Numbered from the stretch's first letter, positions 45,801-55,215 are shown. The stretch: DNA of 64,000 nt from Nitrosopumilaceae archaeon (GCA_965200155.1 CBDATR010000009.1:64001-128000), one strand, 5' to 3'. Made by a program: numbers and translations. Notes: generated by a model not told the origin, from the sequence alone.

Positions 45801-45976
45801 CTGCAGAGAAGTTACATCTGAAAAATGAAAACGCGGTGGTACACGTGATAAGTAATGCCGGACAATCTGATCAGAGACTCGATATCATTTACAACACAAA
45901 AGATATAGTAACAAAAGAGGAAACTGTGCATGTAATGTCTCGCTCCGAGATACATAAACTATCCAGTACAGGGTGA
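42866..45976 (+). CDS. SNF2-family helicase with C-terminal DUF3883-like PD-(D/E)XK nuclease domain
   Basis: ADEPGGGKT, DEAH, LTATPH.GK, TDAAREGINLQ, YDLPW and EQRMGRLHRYGQ motifs, with C-terminal GYDL..IEVK. Confidence 0.92.
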   Translation: MAEEVKLTQLKPYTMIEGPMWTGPVTFRMMGHDSTSIFIEKDGVLKEIHIEETGHGIKLAKQKQGEPWKAFLAVERLRHKHAMNIDTEGSADQLPHQLKTIYQVSGESGRIRYMIADEPGGGKTIVASRIIQELLIQKQVRRVLVVVPALLKYQWKEELKKFVNIDSRVIESGTQGYTNPWLSNDVPVLITSMDYAKTERQKQLLEQVEFDLVVIDEAHNLNATTKKATERYHLAELLGRITRHMIFLTATPHRGKPDNFRLLLKLLEPDLFSNKKMTAEDVFNTKDRLFIRHSKDEMVDMDNNKLFRDRSVRTIKYNMSSIEQRLYETVTDYVSRQYNLQMGRDANQIATFAVLIIQKRMASSTHALLESLKNRRKKLGDKLEKWDGPMKNHSIDDIDDMDEDDLDDVEEKAAGYTSALSYDELEAELNELDGLIELAKEATRKKPDTKLKKLIEEIRGIGDDKLLIFSEYKDTLDYLERKISEIRHNDGTPYEICRIDGTMKMREREDAQKKFRGTAQIMLATDAAREGINLQFCHRMINYDLPWTPISLEQRMGRLHRYGQEHDVVISNLVADGTREGHVMETLFEKIHEIEQQYPTFNVMGQVLAGGDLKGLMTDAIQSGPTQDIGDKVDKAAERAKEVDEMLGRTPIDVEDVKNRMNMIKEQRTDGKYLINMVEELFRSLGGSIRQVGEHTKMDVPEAIRYGPFTKRYMRFKSTPITLLARSGKIYDHIEEWIAKHCSGDLKNGSVFRDPGGFDGYIIFHTIPICDKSMRKVASLFTAHKYADGVTVVAPYVLHGLKYESEDVGTAPHDIQKAVREMGRAETDKMIMERKKIWDHRTKAAKERMQNEIKEIQKEMSSTGFGSEWNELAARRDNLKRRIKEVEDERENAVTLTPYEPTMEGWVRVIPDGKHNGSNTEKIGIDTSMKHERDEGFVVQDVQGEYGRGYDLISENKDGWRREIEVKALCNSAAVHFTPAEKLHLKNENAVVHVISNAGQSDQRLDIIYNTKDIVTKEETVHVMSRSEIHKLSSTG

Positions 45977-46040
45977 ACAGGCACCCCCCGATCTGTTTAT
46001 AATTATATCAAATGCCCATAGGAAGGGCACCAAAAAAAAG

Positions 46041-46137
46041 GTGTGAGTTCACCTGTCTAAATTTACGCATAACCGATCGCGACAGTTAAAGAACCGGTTC
46101 TTTTGTGCATAAGATTCCGGAAGACGTGAACTCATAC
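46041..46137 (+). mobile_element. MITE (subfamily B), no TSD
   Basis: GTGTGAGTTCAC...GTGAACTCATAC. The flanks do not match each other. Confidence 0.88.
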
Positions 46138-46448
46138 AAAACATCTACAATCAAAACTGAAGTAGTCAGGAATGGTAAGTGTATGGTCATCCAAAATTAC
46201 ATACTTGATTCTACCTATATAATTCCCCAACAAGTCCATATTTCTCACATGCAATCCTCATATATGCCACAAACTTTCAGGGCACACTATCGTTGCGCTC
46301 TGTTCTGTACAGATTGAGTTGTAGGTTAACTCATACCATCTGGTCATACGCGAGACTTCAAGAACACCCGACCCAACGATTTTGAGAAATGCGCGGAGAC
46401 AGACAGCCCATCATAACTATAGTCACACTGCTTAGCGACACACCACCA

Positions 46449-49400
46449 CTATCTCCTTGCCTTATATGGTAACATGGATATCTCTTTTATTATCTTGCCT
46501 GACTCCACCCCCACATACACCATCCGCTCCACCAGCGCAATAACATCATCCTGTGTCATGCGGGTACAAGGATCATCAATAACCAGGGCTTTCTTGTTTA
46601 CTTTTACACGATACTGATCAACAGCCCACTCCAGTGGTGTCCGGCCTCCAATACTATATGTTATCTCCGGTATGCCCTTAACTACCACATTCCCGTTTAT
46701 CATTAACCTGTCCTGTGGGGATTTACGACTCCAGTATGAGCCGGAAAGCGACATTTCCGTGAAAGAGTCAAACGGTCCAACCCACTCCAGGCTGTACCGG
46801 GGACCGGTCTCATAATTCAGGTGCAAGTCCACAAGACGCTTGCCATATTGGGCTATCATGTCGAAGTTCGGGGCCATGGGAATTCTGGGTAAATTACTCA
46901 AAAGGGAGTCCTTGAATCTCTTACGGTAACCCTCATGATGCAATAAACCATAGACGTAATGGAATATGTCAAGTTTGGTAATGGTATCATCATTATAATG
47001 TCCCCGGTATCGCGCCAGCGTAGAGTCCAGTATATTCTCGGTACCGGCGCCATCAGTATAATATGGAAAACAGTGCACATTACTCAGGACATTACTGTCC
47101 GGCGTTGTATCTGTCACAAGTACAGAGAGTCTTGTCTTTTGCGTCACCATAATGACGAGATTCTCCCGGCCACTACCAAAAATATTACAGCGTAACTGCC
47201 CCAAAGGCGTACGGTCCAAATCATCGCCCCGGGGAAAGAGTGAGGGAATTTCATGTGGCTTATTTATGAATATGTCAGTATCAAAGTACACGTATCTCTT
47301 GAAGAATGGGCGGTACAGTGCACGCCTTATCAGACTCCTGTCAAGTTCCGGATCAATATACGACTGATCCAGTCTGTCCAACACATACGGCGGCCGGGAG
47401 CCATAACGACTAACTCCCGGAAGCAGCGGGTTTATACAGTAACTTATGTATGATGCCATATTTATTACAAGCTCACTCTTGGATGAATTGTACAGCCACA
47501 AATCCCGTTGGGCATACAGCCCCAAAGAGTGCAGTCGGAATACGGAATTACCCACTGCACGGGTCCTCTTTTTACTCATGGGCATGTAACTCTCAAACTC
47601 ACGATCACTCTTGTCCTGCTTGACTATCTTCCAGCGTTGTATCTTGTCTACGGATTTTGTTTCCTTAAATTCATCCATACCCATCTCCTTGTAACGAACA
47701 GCACGGGTAGCCTTGTCATAATTCTTGACCAGAATGGTAATGAACATATCACCGGGTATCTTTACGCACCAGACGTTGGTAAATTTCTTGTGTAATAGTT
47801 TCTGGGCAACCCCGGCATCAATAAAACTGGCATCGGTCACCACCGCAATAATCCCCGTGTACTCTATACTGTCTGATGCCCAGCGCAAGGCCCGTATATA
47901 TGCAGCCTCGGACTTTTTCCCGGAATGCCCCGTTCCGGAATGGAACAGGCTGCCCATTATTACCAGCTGATCCGGAGGTGCCAGCGATTCAATTTTTTCA
48001 TATGGACTGAGAGTGGCTATCGATGATGCAGGCTGCCTATACCTTGGCGGTATGGGCGAGTCCATGGCAAGAGTGTCCGCATATCCCATGCCGCCAAAGG
48101 GCACGTACACGCCACCATTCCTGTTCTGGTATACGGTCTCGATATTTGCCCGGCTCACACAGTATGCAAGCAGATCAGACTGATTGGCATACAGATTATG
48201 TCCGTACATGTTAGTCGCGCCATAGTTCATGTACCGGGACTCGATTAGTCGCGCCATAAAGGAGCCCGTTACGGCAAAGGGCTCCAGCACTTTTACATAT
48301 GGATGGTTGAGCGCGACCTCGAACTGCCGTTTCAGGATATGGTTCACAGAATTTATGATAAACTCAATCACGGGAACGGGGACATTCACTATACCGCACG
48401 TTTCACCAAGAAAATTCCCGCACATCTTTTGTATGTACGACTGCCTTGCGGACCCGGTTGGTTTGGTCTCCCGGGATGCCTTCCCGGAGAAATTTCCCCC
48501 CAAACCCAGGACAACCATCATCCTTGCAAATTCACGCATGAGGGGATTATCCGGCGATACATAACCGGAGAATAACGAGTCAAGAACCGGCGAGAGGGCG
48601 GCATATTGCGAGACGGCACGCACTGCCGCATCCTGTGTTACCGGGTAGCTGACTAAATCCTCCACCTCCCCGCGGAACCGCTCCATTTCGGATTTGACGT
48701 GCTCATCATGAGTCATTCGGTCCCTCAAATTAGTCTCCATTCGGATAGCAGCCGCACTCAGTACCTGATCATTAATGTCACCCACCTTCTCCACAAGCTT
48801 TGACTTTATGCCGGTGAACATGCCACCCACCATTCCGGAGTCTTCCACTCCCAGAATGGACGTACTTATTCGGGAAGCGGAACTCGTATTGCCGTTACTG
48901 GAATTCAGCATCACTTCGTGAGCCAGGCTCTCATCATGCGATCGCAGTGCATTTAGTACCTGCCACACTACCTTGAAGGTCTTGTTATCATTCAGTGCCT
49001 CGTGGAATTTCACGCCGGCAGGCAGGGCAACAGGCAGTATCACATAACCGTACTGCTTTCCCGGCGACTTTCTCATTACGCGGCCCACCGACTGAATTAC
49101 ATCAACCCAGGACTTGCGGGGGTTCAGAAATATGACACCATCCAGTGCCGGAACGTCCACCCCCTCTGAGAGACACCTGGCGTTGGAGATTATCCTGCAC
49201 GTATCATCCCTGTCATTATCATCCAGCCACTGGAGACGGTCACGCCTTTTCATGGCGCCGGTCTTGCCGTCCACATGACTTACCTGCACACTATTTCCGG
49301 TACTAAGCTTCGCCATACTCTCATATTGCTCCACTATTCTTGCCATGCTGCGGTCCCGCCCCTCATGATCACTCATGGCTCCCGCAAACATCATGGAGCG

Positions 49401-50825
49401 ATCTATTCTATTGGTAAAGGCTATCACTTTTTTCAGCAATCGCGGCTTGTTCTCATCATCATCAGGATAATTCAGGCCGTGCCAGACCGCCGACAACAGT
49501 GTCCGCTCATCCAGCGGTACTGTTACATCATCAGAGCCGGTTGTATCCACTTGTGGAACCACTGCTATCTTTACGCGAAAATCCGCCAGTATTCCCCGAC
49601 TCACGGCATCTGTAAAGCCTAGATGATAAAACTGGGGCCCAAACTTTGACTCATCATCCATGGAATACACCATACTGTCCGTTTTGACCTTGACTGTATC
49701 GCTGTACATACTGGGGGTAGCCGTCATATAGAGCCGCTTTCGGCCGGAAATGTTCCTGTCCTCGTGTATCATTGTAAAGGATGACTTGTCCTCCACGCCG
49801 GTGGTGCGGTGCGCCTCATCGGCCAAAATGATATCAAACTTTCGCTTCCCCATGGCGTCTTTCACCACATCCAATGAGTGGTACGTGGAGAATACCACCG
49901 TCATGGCCTGCCTTGGCCGCCTTTTCAGGGACTCTTGCAGTATTGAATAATCGGTAGTAACCTCTGACTCCAGTTCTGTAATGGATGAATCCTCACTTAG
50001 GGACTGATCCGAGCATACGGCGATATAGTTGTGCTGCATATCGGCATTATCTGACCATGCACGCATGCTCTGCTGCACCAGTGATATGGACGGGACCGCA
50101 TACAGGATTAGGCTTCCGGGACCGGCGTATCTCTCCGCTATACGCAATGCCGTAATGGTCTTTCCCGTACCGCACGCCATGATTAACTTGCCCCGATCAT
50201 TTTTCTTGAACCCCTCAAGGACACCACTTATCGCGTCCTGCTGGTGCGGCCACAACTCCTTGGGCTCTTTTCTTTTTATCTCCGGGTAAGCGCTCCAGTC
50301 TATACCGGAGTAGCGGAACTTGTCCGTATCCAGTACGGAGCACCCGCTATATTTTATCAGATTCTCCGTGTCGCCAGTCAGAGGGTCGCCCGTGTACACC
50401 AGAATAGTATTAGTTATTTTCAGGGAGGCGGCCATGGCAAGAAACTCCTCCACCGATTTTATGTCCAGCGTTGACATAGTCTCATAGCACCTGCACAGAA
50501 TGGCGCATAACTGCCCGTCGTGCTGCCGGGCTATCATGTCTATTTTAGCATCATTACCGTCCCGGCCTGGCCACTCACTCCATGACCATACATTCTTGAA
50601 CCGGTTATGATACATGGAATCAGTAGCCAGAAAGTCCCGGCTTAATTTCACCATTATCTTGCCAAGCTGCTCAACGTCGCCGGATTCGGCCCTGACATAC
50701 TCCAGTACATCATCGAATGTATTCAACGGAAATGATGAATTTACCTCATTAAATAAAGTGTGGCTGTACCACATAACAGGATACAATGACCCGGGATGAT
50801 TCCGCGCAGTCGTGAAATCTGCCAC
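46449..50825 (-). CDS. Type ISP (LlaBIII/LlaGI-like) restriction-modification-like protein: intact helicase, degenerate nuclease and methyltransferase motifs
   Basis: Helicase motifs MACGTGKT, DEAHRTTG, MTATP, SEGVDVPALD and QSVGRVMRK are present. The C-terminal target-recognition region has YRPFFK, DIFHYVYGLLH, LPRIP and EWAVDQY. The start codon is uncertain. Confidence 0.85.
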   Translation of the reverse strand: MADFTTARNHPGSLYPVMWYSHTLFNEVNSSFPLNTFDDVLEYVRAESGDVEQLGKIMVKLSRDFLATDSMYHNRFKNVWSWSEWPGRDGNDAKIDMIARQHDGQLCAILCRCYETMSTLDIKSVEEFLAMAASLKITNTILVYTGDPLTGDTENLIKYSGCSVLDTDKFRYSGIDWSAYPEIKRKEPKELWPHQQDAISGVLEGFKKNDRGKLIMACGTGKTITALRIAERYAGPGSLILYAVPSISLVQQSMRAWSDNADMQHNYIAVCSDQSLSEDSSITELESEVTTDYSILQESLKRRPRQAMTVVFSTYHSLDVVKDAMGKRKFDIILADEAHRTTGVEDKSSFTMIHEDRNISGRKRLYMTATPSMYSDTVKVKTDSMVYSMDDESKFGPQFYHLGFTDAVSRGILADFRVKIAVVPQVDTTGSDDVTVPLDERTLLSAVWHGLNYPDDDENKPRLLKKVIAFTNRIDRSMMFAGAMSDHEGRDRSMARIVEQYESMAKLSTGNSVQVSHVDGKTGAMKRRDRLQWLDDNDRDDTCRIISNARCLSEGVDVPALDGVIFLNPRKSWVDVIQSVGRVMRKSPGKQYGYVILPVALPAGVKFHEALNDNKTFKVVWQVLNALRSHDESLAHEVMLNSSNGNTSSASRISTSILGVEDSGMVGGMFTGIKSKLVEKVGDINDQVLSAAAIRMETNLRDRMTHDEHVKSEMERFRGEVEDLVSYPVTQDAAVRAVSQYAALSPVLDSLFSGYVSPDNPLMREFARMMVVLGLGGNFSGKASRETKPTGSARQSYIQKMCGNFLGETCGIVNVPVPVIEFIINSVNHILKRQFEVALNHPYVKVLEPFAVTGSFMARLIESRYMNYGATNMYGHNLYANQSDLLAYCVSRANIETVYQNRNGGVYVPFGGMGYADTLAMDSPIPPRYRQPASSIATLSPYEKIESLAPPDQLVIMGSLFHSGTGHSGKKSEAAYIRALRWASDSIEYTGIIAVVTDASFIDAGVAQKLLHKKFTNVWCVKIPGDMFITILVKNYDKATRAVRYKEMGMDEFKETKSVDKIQRWKIVKQDKSDREFESYMPMSKKRTRAVGNSVFRLHSLGLYAQRDLWLYNSSKSELVINMASYISYCINPLLPGVSRYGSRPPYVLDRLDQSYIDPELDRSLIRRALYRPFFKRYVYFDTDIFINKPHEIPSLFPRGDDLDRTPLGQLRCNIFGSGRENLVIMVTQKTRLSVLVTDTTPDSNVLSNVHCFPYYTDGAGTENILDSTLARYRGHYNDDTITKLDIFHYVYGLLHHEGYRKRFKDSLLSNLPRIPMAPNFDMIAQYGKRLVDLHLNYETGPRYSLEWVGPFDSFTEMSLSGSYWSRKSPQDRLMINGNVVVKGIPEITYSIGGRTPLEWAVDQYRVKVNKKALVIDDPCTRMTQDDVIALVERMVYVGVESGKIIKEISMLPYKARR

Positions 50826-50910
50826 CCATAATCGTTTGAAGACACATTACCACTATCCCCCATAAGGCAGCATGGATATCTCTTTTATTATTCTGTCCGA
50901 CTCCACCATC

Positions 50911-51019
50911 CTCTCTATCAGCGCAATGACGTCTTTCCGTTTCATGTCAACCCCGTAATGGCGATAGAAGTGCCCACCTGATCTCTCTATCAGCGCAATG
51001 ACGTCTTTCCGTTTCATGT
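50911..51019. repeat. Perfect 37-bp direct repeat flanking a unique 35-bp insert
   Basis: CTCTCTATCAGCGCAATGACGTCTTTCCGTTTCATGT occurs at 50911-50947 and 50983-51019. The intact paralog has a single copy and no insert at ~46525-46560. Confidence 0.93.
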
Positions 51020-51914
51020 GGGCACACGGATCATCAACAACCATGGCTTGTTCACTTTTACCTGATACTGATAAACAGCCCACTGTAGCGGTGTCCAGCC
51101 TCCAATGTTGTATTTTATCTTCGGGATTCCCTTAACGACCACATGCCCGTTTATCTTCAACTTGTCCTGTGAATATTTACGACTATGAACCCGAAAACGA
51201 CATTCCCGTAAAAAAGTTAAACTTCCCAACCCACTCCAGGCCGTACCGGGGACCACTCTCATAATTCAAGTGTAAATCAGCAAGACGCTTGCCATAATGT
51301 GATATCATCTCAAAGTCCGGGCCATGGGAATTCTGGGCAGATTACTCAAAAGAGAGTCCGCAAATCTCTTACGGTAACCCTCATGATGCAGTAACCCATA
51401 GACGTAATAGAATATGTCCAGTTTCATAATGGAGTCATCATTATAATGCTCCCTGTACTGCCCCAGTGTGTCCCGTATATTCTCGGTACCGGCGCCATCA
51501 GTATGGAAAGCAGTGCCCATCATTCAGGACATTGCTGTCCGGTGTTGTATCGGTCATCAAAACTGAAAACGGTACATTCTTCGTCACCATAATGACAAGA
51601 TTCTCCCGGCCACCCGGGGATGCCCATTCGTTACATCTCCCCGTGGAAAGAGTGAGGGAATTTCATGTGACCTATTTATGAATATGCCAGTATCAAAGTA
51701 CACGTATCTCTTGAAGAATGGGCGGTACAGTGCCCTTCTTATCAGGCGCTCATCAAATTCCGTATAATCATACGACTTATACATCCTCTCCAATATGTAT
51801 GAGGGTTGCGGACCAAAGCGGCTCCTGCCAGGAGGCAAACCCGGACCCCGGTATTTACAATACTCCATGTATAACGCCACATTTTTCGCAAGCTCATCCC
51901 TGGACGAGTTATAC

Positions 51915-52011
51915 GTATGAGTTCACGTCTTCCGGAATCTTGTGCACAAAAGAACCGGTTCTTTAACTGTCGCGATCAGTTATGCGTAAATTTAGACAGG
52001 TGAACTCACAC
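51915..52011 (-). mobile_element. MITE (subfamily B) at a deletion junction, no TSD
   Basis: Reverse-oriented copy with the same GTGTGAG end variant as the copy at 46041. Confidence 0.88.
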
Positions 52012-52616
52012 GCACAGGATGGCTTACAACTGCCCGTCATGCTGCCGGGCTACCATGTCTATTCCCGTATCATGCACGTCCCGTTCTGGCCAGTCACTCC
52101 ATGACCATACATTCTTGAACCGGTTATGATACATGGAGTCGGTGGCCAGAAAGCCCTTAGCCTCTCCATTTTCTCGCCAAGCTGGTGTATGTCACCGGAT
52201 TCTGCCCCAATACGCTCTAGTACATCATCTAAGGTCTTCAACGGGAATGATGGATTTACCTAATCAAATAAAGTGTAGTGACGCCCTGGCCCATAACGGG
52301 ATACGGTATCGCCGGACATATGAGTCCGCGCATATAGCGGCGATCATAAGTTTTTGACTATGATCTTCATGGTACCTTGTTGTGGAGCGCAACACTCCCC
52401 TTGCCATTTGACAGTGTAGCGACCACCATAAGTCTTTGGGCGACTAATTTGATTAAAATATCACAATTATCACAGGCTTATTTGCGCGCCCCCAGGGGGC
52501 GGTTAATTTGGTATGTCGGTATGGTATTGTGCGCAACTAAATATGGTACTCTAAAGCAAGCTAAAAGTTAAAAATCTTGATCTTATATACTAGTGTAATT
52601 GATCGCGTCCAACAAA

Positions 52617-53690
52617 TCAATAGTACGAAAAGTAAGTCCGCTTAGGATCCGGCGTACAGTAGTTCCGATTGCACAAGCCAGATGGTAAAGAGAATACAGA
52701 GGAATCAAGAGAATCGCGAAGCGATTCAGCAAGACAAAAGAGGCGTTGCCACAACCAAAATAGCTCAAGACCTGAGACGAGACACGTACGAAGATTGTGA
52801 ATTAGAGGACGGGAACGACTCAAGATGGGCAGGTCCATGATGCCAATCACCGCCACCCAGATACTAATGGTAACTGAAGCATATCACAAGGATCCCGCCG
52901 TAGTACGTATTGCAAAGAGAATTAGACATAATACATATCACGCAGTATATCGCATAATGAAAAAGAACGGTACGGCAGGATCATCACATGTAAAGTCAGA
53001 GTGGGTACGCTATGAGCGTAAATATTCCAATGCAATGTGGCACTGGCATGTCATGAAAAGATGAGCGCTTCAGGGGACTGAATCTCATAGATGATGCATC
53101 CAGGTGCATAGTCGGAGCTGCACTATTTGAGCATGCGACCTCAGAGAACGCCACTCTATTACTGAGACTGGCGATAAAGAGATTCGGCGCCCCTGCATCT
53201 TGGATAACGGCGCGTGTTTCGTAGGACAATAAAAGGGCAAGAAAAGCTGGAAACCCACACTATTCTAGGAAGAACTGCTGGATCAAGACATCATACTAAT
53301 CAATTCCAGACCATACTACCCGCAGACAAATGGCAAACTGGAGCGCTTCCATAGAACGATTGAGGACTAGGGGACTCTTATTTAAGAGTCCAACGAGATA
53401 TGGCATTATGACAGTCTCCGGGATTATGTAGACTACTACAATGAGAGAAGGTTGCACTTCTCACTGGATATAGATAACGGCGAAACACCACTCCAGGAAT
53501 AAAAAGGCGACCCAGACAATTAGAGCAAATGATACAAAATGGTATGAGTTCACCTGTGTCTAAATTTACGCACAACTGATCGCGACAGTTAATGTGATTT
53601 GTGCACAAGATTCCGGAAGACGTGAACTCATACACAAAATGGGTGGAGCGGGATGCCAATGACTAGCGGACCGACTTTTCATACATTACA
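52617..53690 (+). mobile_element. IS481-family element remnant (copy 2)
   Basis: Same decayed rve motifs as copy 1. It ends ...CATACATTACA and contains the MITE at 53542-53633. Confidence 0.8.
53542..53633 (+). mobile_element. MITE (subfamily A), TSD ACAAAATG
   Basis: TIRs plus an 8-bp duplication at 53534-53541 and 53634-53641. Confidence 0.92.
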
Positions 53691-53771
53691 TATTCCAGAC
53701 CGGCACTTCACGTGTTGTTGAATCTGAGGGGACGGGACATGTGCTAGCCTTACTGTATGTTTTTCTTCCTG

Positions 53772-53848
53772 CTTGTTAGGACTGGAACCATTCCCAGGAA
53801 TAGTCCCCTTGTTAGGACTGGAACCATTCCCAGGAATAGTCCCCTTGT
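53772..53848. repeat. Perfect 36-bp-period tandem duplication
   Basis: CTTGTTAGGACTGGAACCATTCCCAGGAATAGTCCC occurs at 53772 and 53808, followed by a further CTTGT. Confidence 0.93.
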
Positions 53849-53967
53849 ACTGGAAAATGGGCATTAAGCCGGGTTTACCATTCTGAAAGGGCACCACCCG
53901 TTGGCGTCTGCTTATAACGTGAACACATAAAGTCCGAGAAACGGACGAATATAAAAAGTAAAAAATA

Positions 53968-55215
53968 TCACTCTGTGATAGTATCTGTGACACCAATGTA
54001 GCTTTCCCCGGTGGGGACCCAATGGCCATTATCAGTCTTGTATACTATGTAATTACCAAGTGCCAAGTCTCCATACTCATTTAAGGTGCCGGATCCGTCA
54101 CTCTTCATTGTAGCTGCGACATCAAAGATTACTTCTTTTATATCGTCTACCTCGGCGCTTTGGGCCTCTATAATTGAGAGTCCTGCCAACCATACGGCAT
54201 CATACGATGCGTATACAAATGTAGATGGCTCAGTAGCACCTGTTGCATGGGTCAAATGCAGCTTTAGTCTGTAATCATTTCTTGAGACATCTGGTAGATA
54301 GCCTGTCAGTTCTACTTTATCTACAAATTCACTTACTATAGGGTCATTAATATCCGGATTTGTAACAAAGCCTTCTGCGGTATACCACTGTACTGAACTT
54401 AGTATTTCATAGTTTGATGCAGACTGCATGATTGATATGGTATTATCGAATTCTACAATGACTACAGCCACCTTGTCTTGTCCATATTCATCTGCTGCCT
54501 TTTGTACTTCACTAGCCAGGGCGGATACTTCTACAGAGAATTCTTTTTGTTCCGGACTGAGTCTAATTCCTTCCAGACTATTCAACCCACGGTCATGGAA
54601 GCTATTCCTTGTTTCTTCTACTAGTGCATCACCATATGTGTCTCCGCGCCATATTGGTACGAATATTTCATACCCATTTGCCTCCATGATTTTAGCAATT
54701 CCCTTACCTTGGATTTTATCATCTTGGACTGTTCGGAATATGTTGTCATCGGCGATTGCCAATGCTGGACTAGTTGAACAGCAACTTATGACTAGCATGT
54801 TATTTGTATCAGCATATGGTTTTATCTGAGAGACAGCTCCGCTACTTGGCGGCCCTATCACTATGTCAATACCTTTTGCGTTTATAGCTTGTATTTTTTC
54901 AAAGCTTATGGCTGGATTATTACCATTGTCTTCTCTAGTGAGAACAAAGTGCCATGACTCCCCGATTACCTCCAGATAGTGATTAAAGTCCTCAACTGCC
55001 AATGCAGCAGCGGCATCAATCTGACCACCAGTGGCAGACCAGTCTCCTGTTAGTGGGTATAAGGTGGCAATGCCTACCTCGCCCTCTACCATCATCATGG
55101 AATCTTCCATCATGGAATCTTCCATCATGGAATCTTCCATCATGGAATCTTCTTGAGCAAATGCGCTTGGTATTATGAAGCTCGCCATTATGACGAGCAT
55201 TATTGTTGTTTTCAT
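53968..55215 (-). CDS. ABC transporter substrate-binding protein, LivJ/branched-chain amino-acid type (periplasmic binding protein type 1)
   Basis: Signal peptide, then EDSMM x4 (15-bp repeats), then IATLYPLTG, IVIGP.SS, STSPAL..DNIFR...DD..QG and YDAVWL. Confidence 0.85.
   Translation of the reverse strand: MKTTIMLVIMASFIIPSAFAQEDSMMEDSMMEDSMMEDSMMMVEGEVGIATLYPLTGDWSATGGQIDAAAALAVEDFNHYLEVIGESWHFVLTREDNGNNPAISFEKIQAINAKGIDIVIGPPSSGAVSQIKPYADTNNMLVISCCSTSPALAIADDNIFRTVQDDKIQGKGIAKIMEANGYEIFVPIWRGDTYGDALVEETRNSFHDRGLNSLEGIRLSPEQKEFSVEVSALASEVQKAADEYGQDKVAVVIVEFDNTISIMQSASNYEILSSVQWYTAEGFVTNPDINDPIVSEFVDKVELTGYLPDVSRNDYRLKLHLTHATGATEPSTFVYASYDAVWLAGLSIIEAQSAEVDDIKEVIFDVAATMKSDGSGTLNEYGDLALGNYIVYKTDNGHWVPTGESYIGVTDTITE

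Larger units (their letters stand above)
50853..52300 (-). pseudogene. Truncated tandem paralog of the Type ISP-like gene (~3 kb internal deletion at a MITE, frameshifts)
   Basis: 50853-51914 matches the 3' part and 52012-52300 the 5' part of 46449-50825. Confidence 0.88.

Noticed and set aside
55091-55150. 15-bp (EDSMM) tandem repeats, and 21-bp (SQTSPDN) repeats near 57057-57126
   Set aside because: Ordinary in-frame low-complexity linkers without unique spacers; not arrays.
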